A stretch of 37,396 bases of DNA, taken from contig CAXUUL010000074.1 of the NCBI GenBank assembly GCA_964255285.1, positions 1 through 37,396 on the forward strand, written 5' to 3'. The notes under the pieces were generated by a model that was given only the letters and a program-made list of their open reading frames with translations, searched no databases and was not told the DNA's origin. This stretch comes from Ionaspis alba (Eukaryota). The position numbers were made by a program, and so were the translations under genes. The stretch's first letter is position 1; every line of letters starts with the position of its first letter. Shown here in pieces: positions 35,484-37,396 of the stretch.

Positions 35484-37076
35484 TTAAGACCGAACTCCAT
35501 TGGCGCCGCCGCTACCCAGTAAATCGAGTTTCAAGATCTTGCGTAGTTCATCTTCCATAAGAGAAACGGAATTATGGTTCTCTCCCGCGGCCGCCTTCAA
35601 AGCGTCCTCGGGGCTGAATTTGGTGAATGAGGGATTGCAGGTGGGAATGTGGCCGTTGCCTTTGGTGCTGTTGCCGTTTTCAGAGCCGGCAGATTGATAA
35701 ACATTATATGATCGAGAGGGTGTAGGTGTAGATGGGAGTTCCGTGGTGGTGGTTGGTGAATTAGGCATTACTTCTCGACGTAGATGGGAAGATAGGGGTC
35801 GTCCTTGAGAAGGAACTCTGTCGGTTGCGGAGATTGAATGATACAAAAGAGGTGAAGGGGGCTTGTAGTCTTGAGTCCGTGCGAGATAAGGTGAAGTGTG
35901 AGAAGCCTGGACAGGTGTTGACGAGCTGGAGATGCTACGAGCCTGGTGATTGGGACGAGGAGATGGACTTGCAGACGGGGAACTGGTGTAGCCTGAAGCA
36001 TTGTTCGTGAGTGCTGATGCTGATGAAGGGCGCTGCGGCTGCGGTGAAAGGAGAAATTTCTTGAGGGCGATCGTCTTCGCTCTGGCCTCCTGCTCTTCTT
36101 TAGATGGCGTTTGTGTCATGATCGATGGGGATGAATCAGAGCGGAGACTCGTGAGACGCTGATCGACTATGCAAGATGGCTGAGGCTTTTCTGTTGCGTC
36201 CATCTCTAGCGGAAACATGCCGGTGTTGGAGCCATTGGTTCCATGTCTGGAATGATGACGCATGTAATCAGGGATGGGACTAACGGAAAGAGATGTCTGC
36301 GCAAGGGCATCGGGACTTCGATCGATATTTCCAGTGTTGTTTGGAGTGACAGTAGGAGTAGACATCTTAGCTCTTTCTTTCTCTTGACGATGGGCATTGA
36401 AGAAGACGTCCAGTGGGGATGCTTCTCGAGCCCGGCTGTCCTGAACGTGTAGGGAGTTCTGCAGTGTTGGCGAGTCGTCACTCTTGTTAGAAGAGCCACT
36501 CGAGCTGTCATCCTTCATCATTGCCTTCAGACTCTGGCTCTTTTCCGTGTTTGGAACGGATCTGGAAAGGAGTTTAGGTATTGGCAGAGCTGAGGCCGCC
36601 GGCGAAGCATGAAATGTTGGTCCAGCATAAGCTTGGGCTGGAGTCTTATTCAGTTTGACAGGAGTTGTTGAAGAGACCTGGCTTGGCTGAGGAGAGCGGT
36701 TCTTGCGCGGGGGTGGTGTGGATGCGACATTATTGACAGTGGTCCGTGGCTTATTGGACTTCTTTATCCCTTTGCCAGTTGATCCAGCAGCTACTGCCAG
36801 AGTAGGCTGAGGCTCAATGTCGAAGCTGGTTCCATCAACCATCATTTGTGGAGCTGCAAGAGGAGGCTGGCTGGAAATGTGTTGTGAAGAGGTGTTATTC
36901 GTCGGCTGAGCGCGTTTCGCCGACCGTCGTCTCTTGTCTGATTTGTTTGGGGTAGGAGCATACATGACAGTGTCTTGTTCGATAGCCTCAGTAGCAGTGT
37001 TCTTGTTAGGTGCGCCTTGAGGGGGGCCGGTGGCCTGTCGTGAAGGTTTTTGTGGAGTTTGCGTGCCGGATGGCAT
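35484..37076 (-). CDS. Disordered Pro/Ser-rich protein with an Edc1/PNRC2-type decapping-activator motif
   Basis: YAGPTFHASPAASALPIP at 36629-36576 (YAGxxF followed by LPxP) and a C-terminal EDELRKILKL helix. ATG at 37076 has ACCATG context. Confidence 0.78.
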   Translation of the reverse strand: MPSGTQTPQKPSRQATGPPQGAPNKNTATEAIEQDTVMYAPTPNKSDKRRRSAKRAQPTNNTSSQHISSQPPLAAPQMMVDGTSFDIEPQPTLAVAAGSTGKGIKKSNKPRTTVNNVASTPPPRKNRSPQPSQVSSTTPVKLNKTPAQAYAGPTFHASPAASALPIPKLLSRSVPNTEKSQSLKAMMKDDSSSGSSNKSDDSPTLQNSLHVQDSRAREASPLDVFFNAHRQEKERAKMSTPTVTPNNTGNIDRSPDALAQTSLSVSPIPDYMRHHSRHGTNGSNTGMFPLEMDATEKPQPSCIVDQRLTSLRSDSSPSIMTQTPSKEEQEARAKTIALKKFLLSPQPQRPSSASALTNNASGYTSSPSASPSPRPNHQARSISSSSTPVQASHTSPYLARTQDYKPPSPLLYHSISATDRVPSQGRPLSSHLRREVMPNSPTTTTELPSTPTPSRSYNVYQSAGSENGNSTKGNGHIPTCNPSFTKFSPEDALKAAAGENHNSVSLMEDELRKILKLDLLGSGGANGVRS

Positions 37077-37396
37077 GGTGTTTCCGGAAATGGCTTGAAA
37101 AATATGCAGCCGTTTTGAGGAGTAAATCAATCGCAGATACAGAGGGTATGGAGGGAAGTTGGAGATCGGATACGGTACGGCCTAGGGCGCTCGATTCCTT
37201 AAGTAGTGCGCAGGTATCTCGGATTTGAGTTTGGACAGTGTCGTTATCGCGGGGCAGTGCTTTGTCCCGGATGTGGATGAGAGACGAATGATTGTGAGGG
37301 GTTCCGGGTCTTTAATCGTTGTTTTGACCTCTTTCGAGGAGTAGAAGGTCTTGTCGAGAGGTTGAGAGCTTGACTGGTGTGTGTGTTCATGTCTTT

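Overview
Gene-dense, intron-containing genomic DNA from a filamentous ascomycete (Pezizomycotina-type GT..CTRAY..YAG introns, mostly 47-130 nt). I reconstructed gene models by hand across introns. In order: ADI1 (5'-truncated), a GPI-type aspartic protease, an SDR, an unknown protein with a duplicated domain, HIS3, THR1, ADE5,7, TIM8, RPL25, BMT2, SUP45/eRF1, an AVT1-like transporter, PHA2, an accessory-looking segment (about 24.6-30.8 kb), a CorA/ALR1 Mg2+ transporter and an Edc1/PNRC2-like decapping activator. The accessory segment holds two back-to-back gene remnants, an AIM9-like phosphotransferase, a 118-aa unknown ORF and a degenerate 10.5-bp-period repeat. The most notable non-coding signals are a complete readthrough/3'UTR-intron (RT-NMD) layout behind eRF1 and a hairpin that sequesters the 5' splice site of RPL25 intron 1. 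No rRNA, tRNA, CRISPR array or intact transposase was seen. All family calls come from motif recognition, not database searches.
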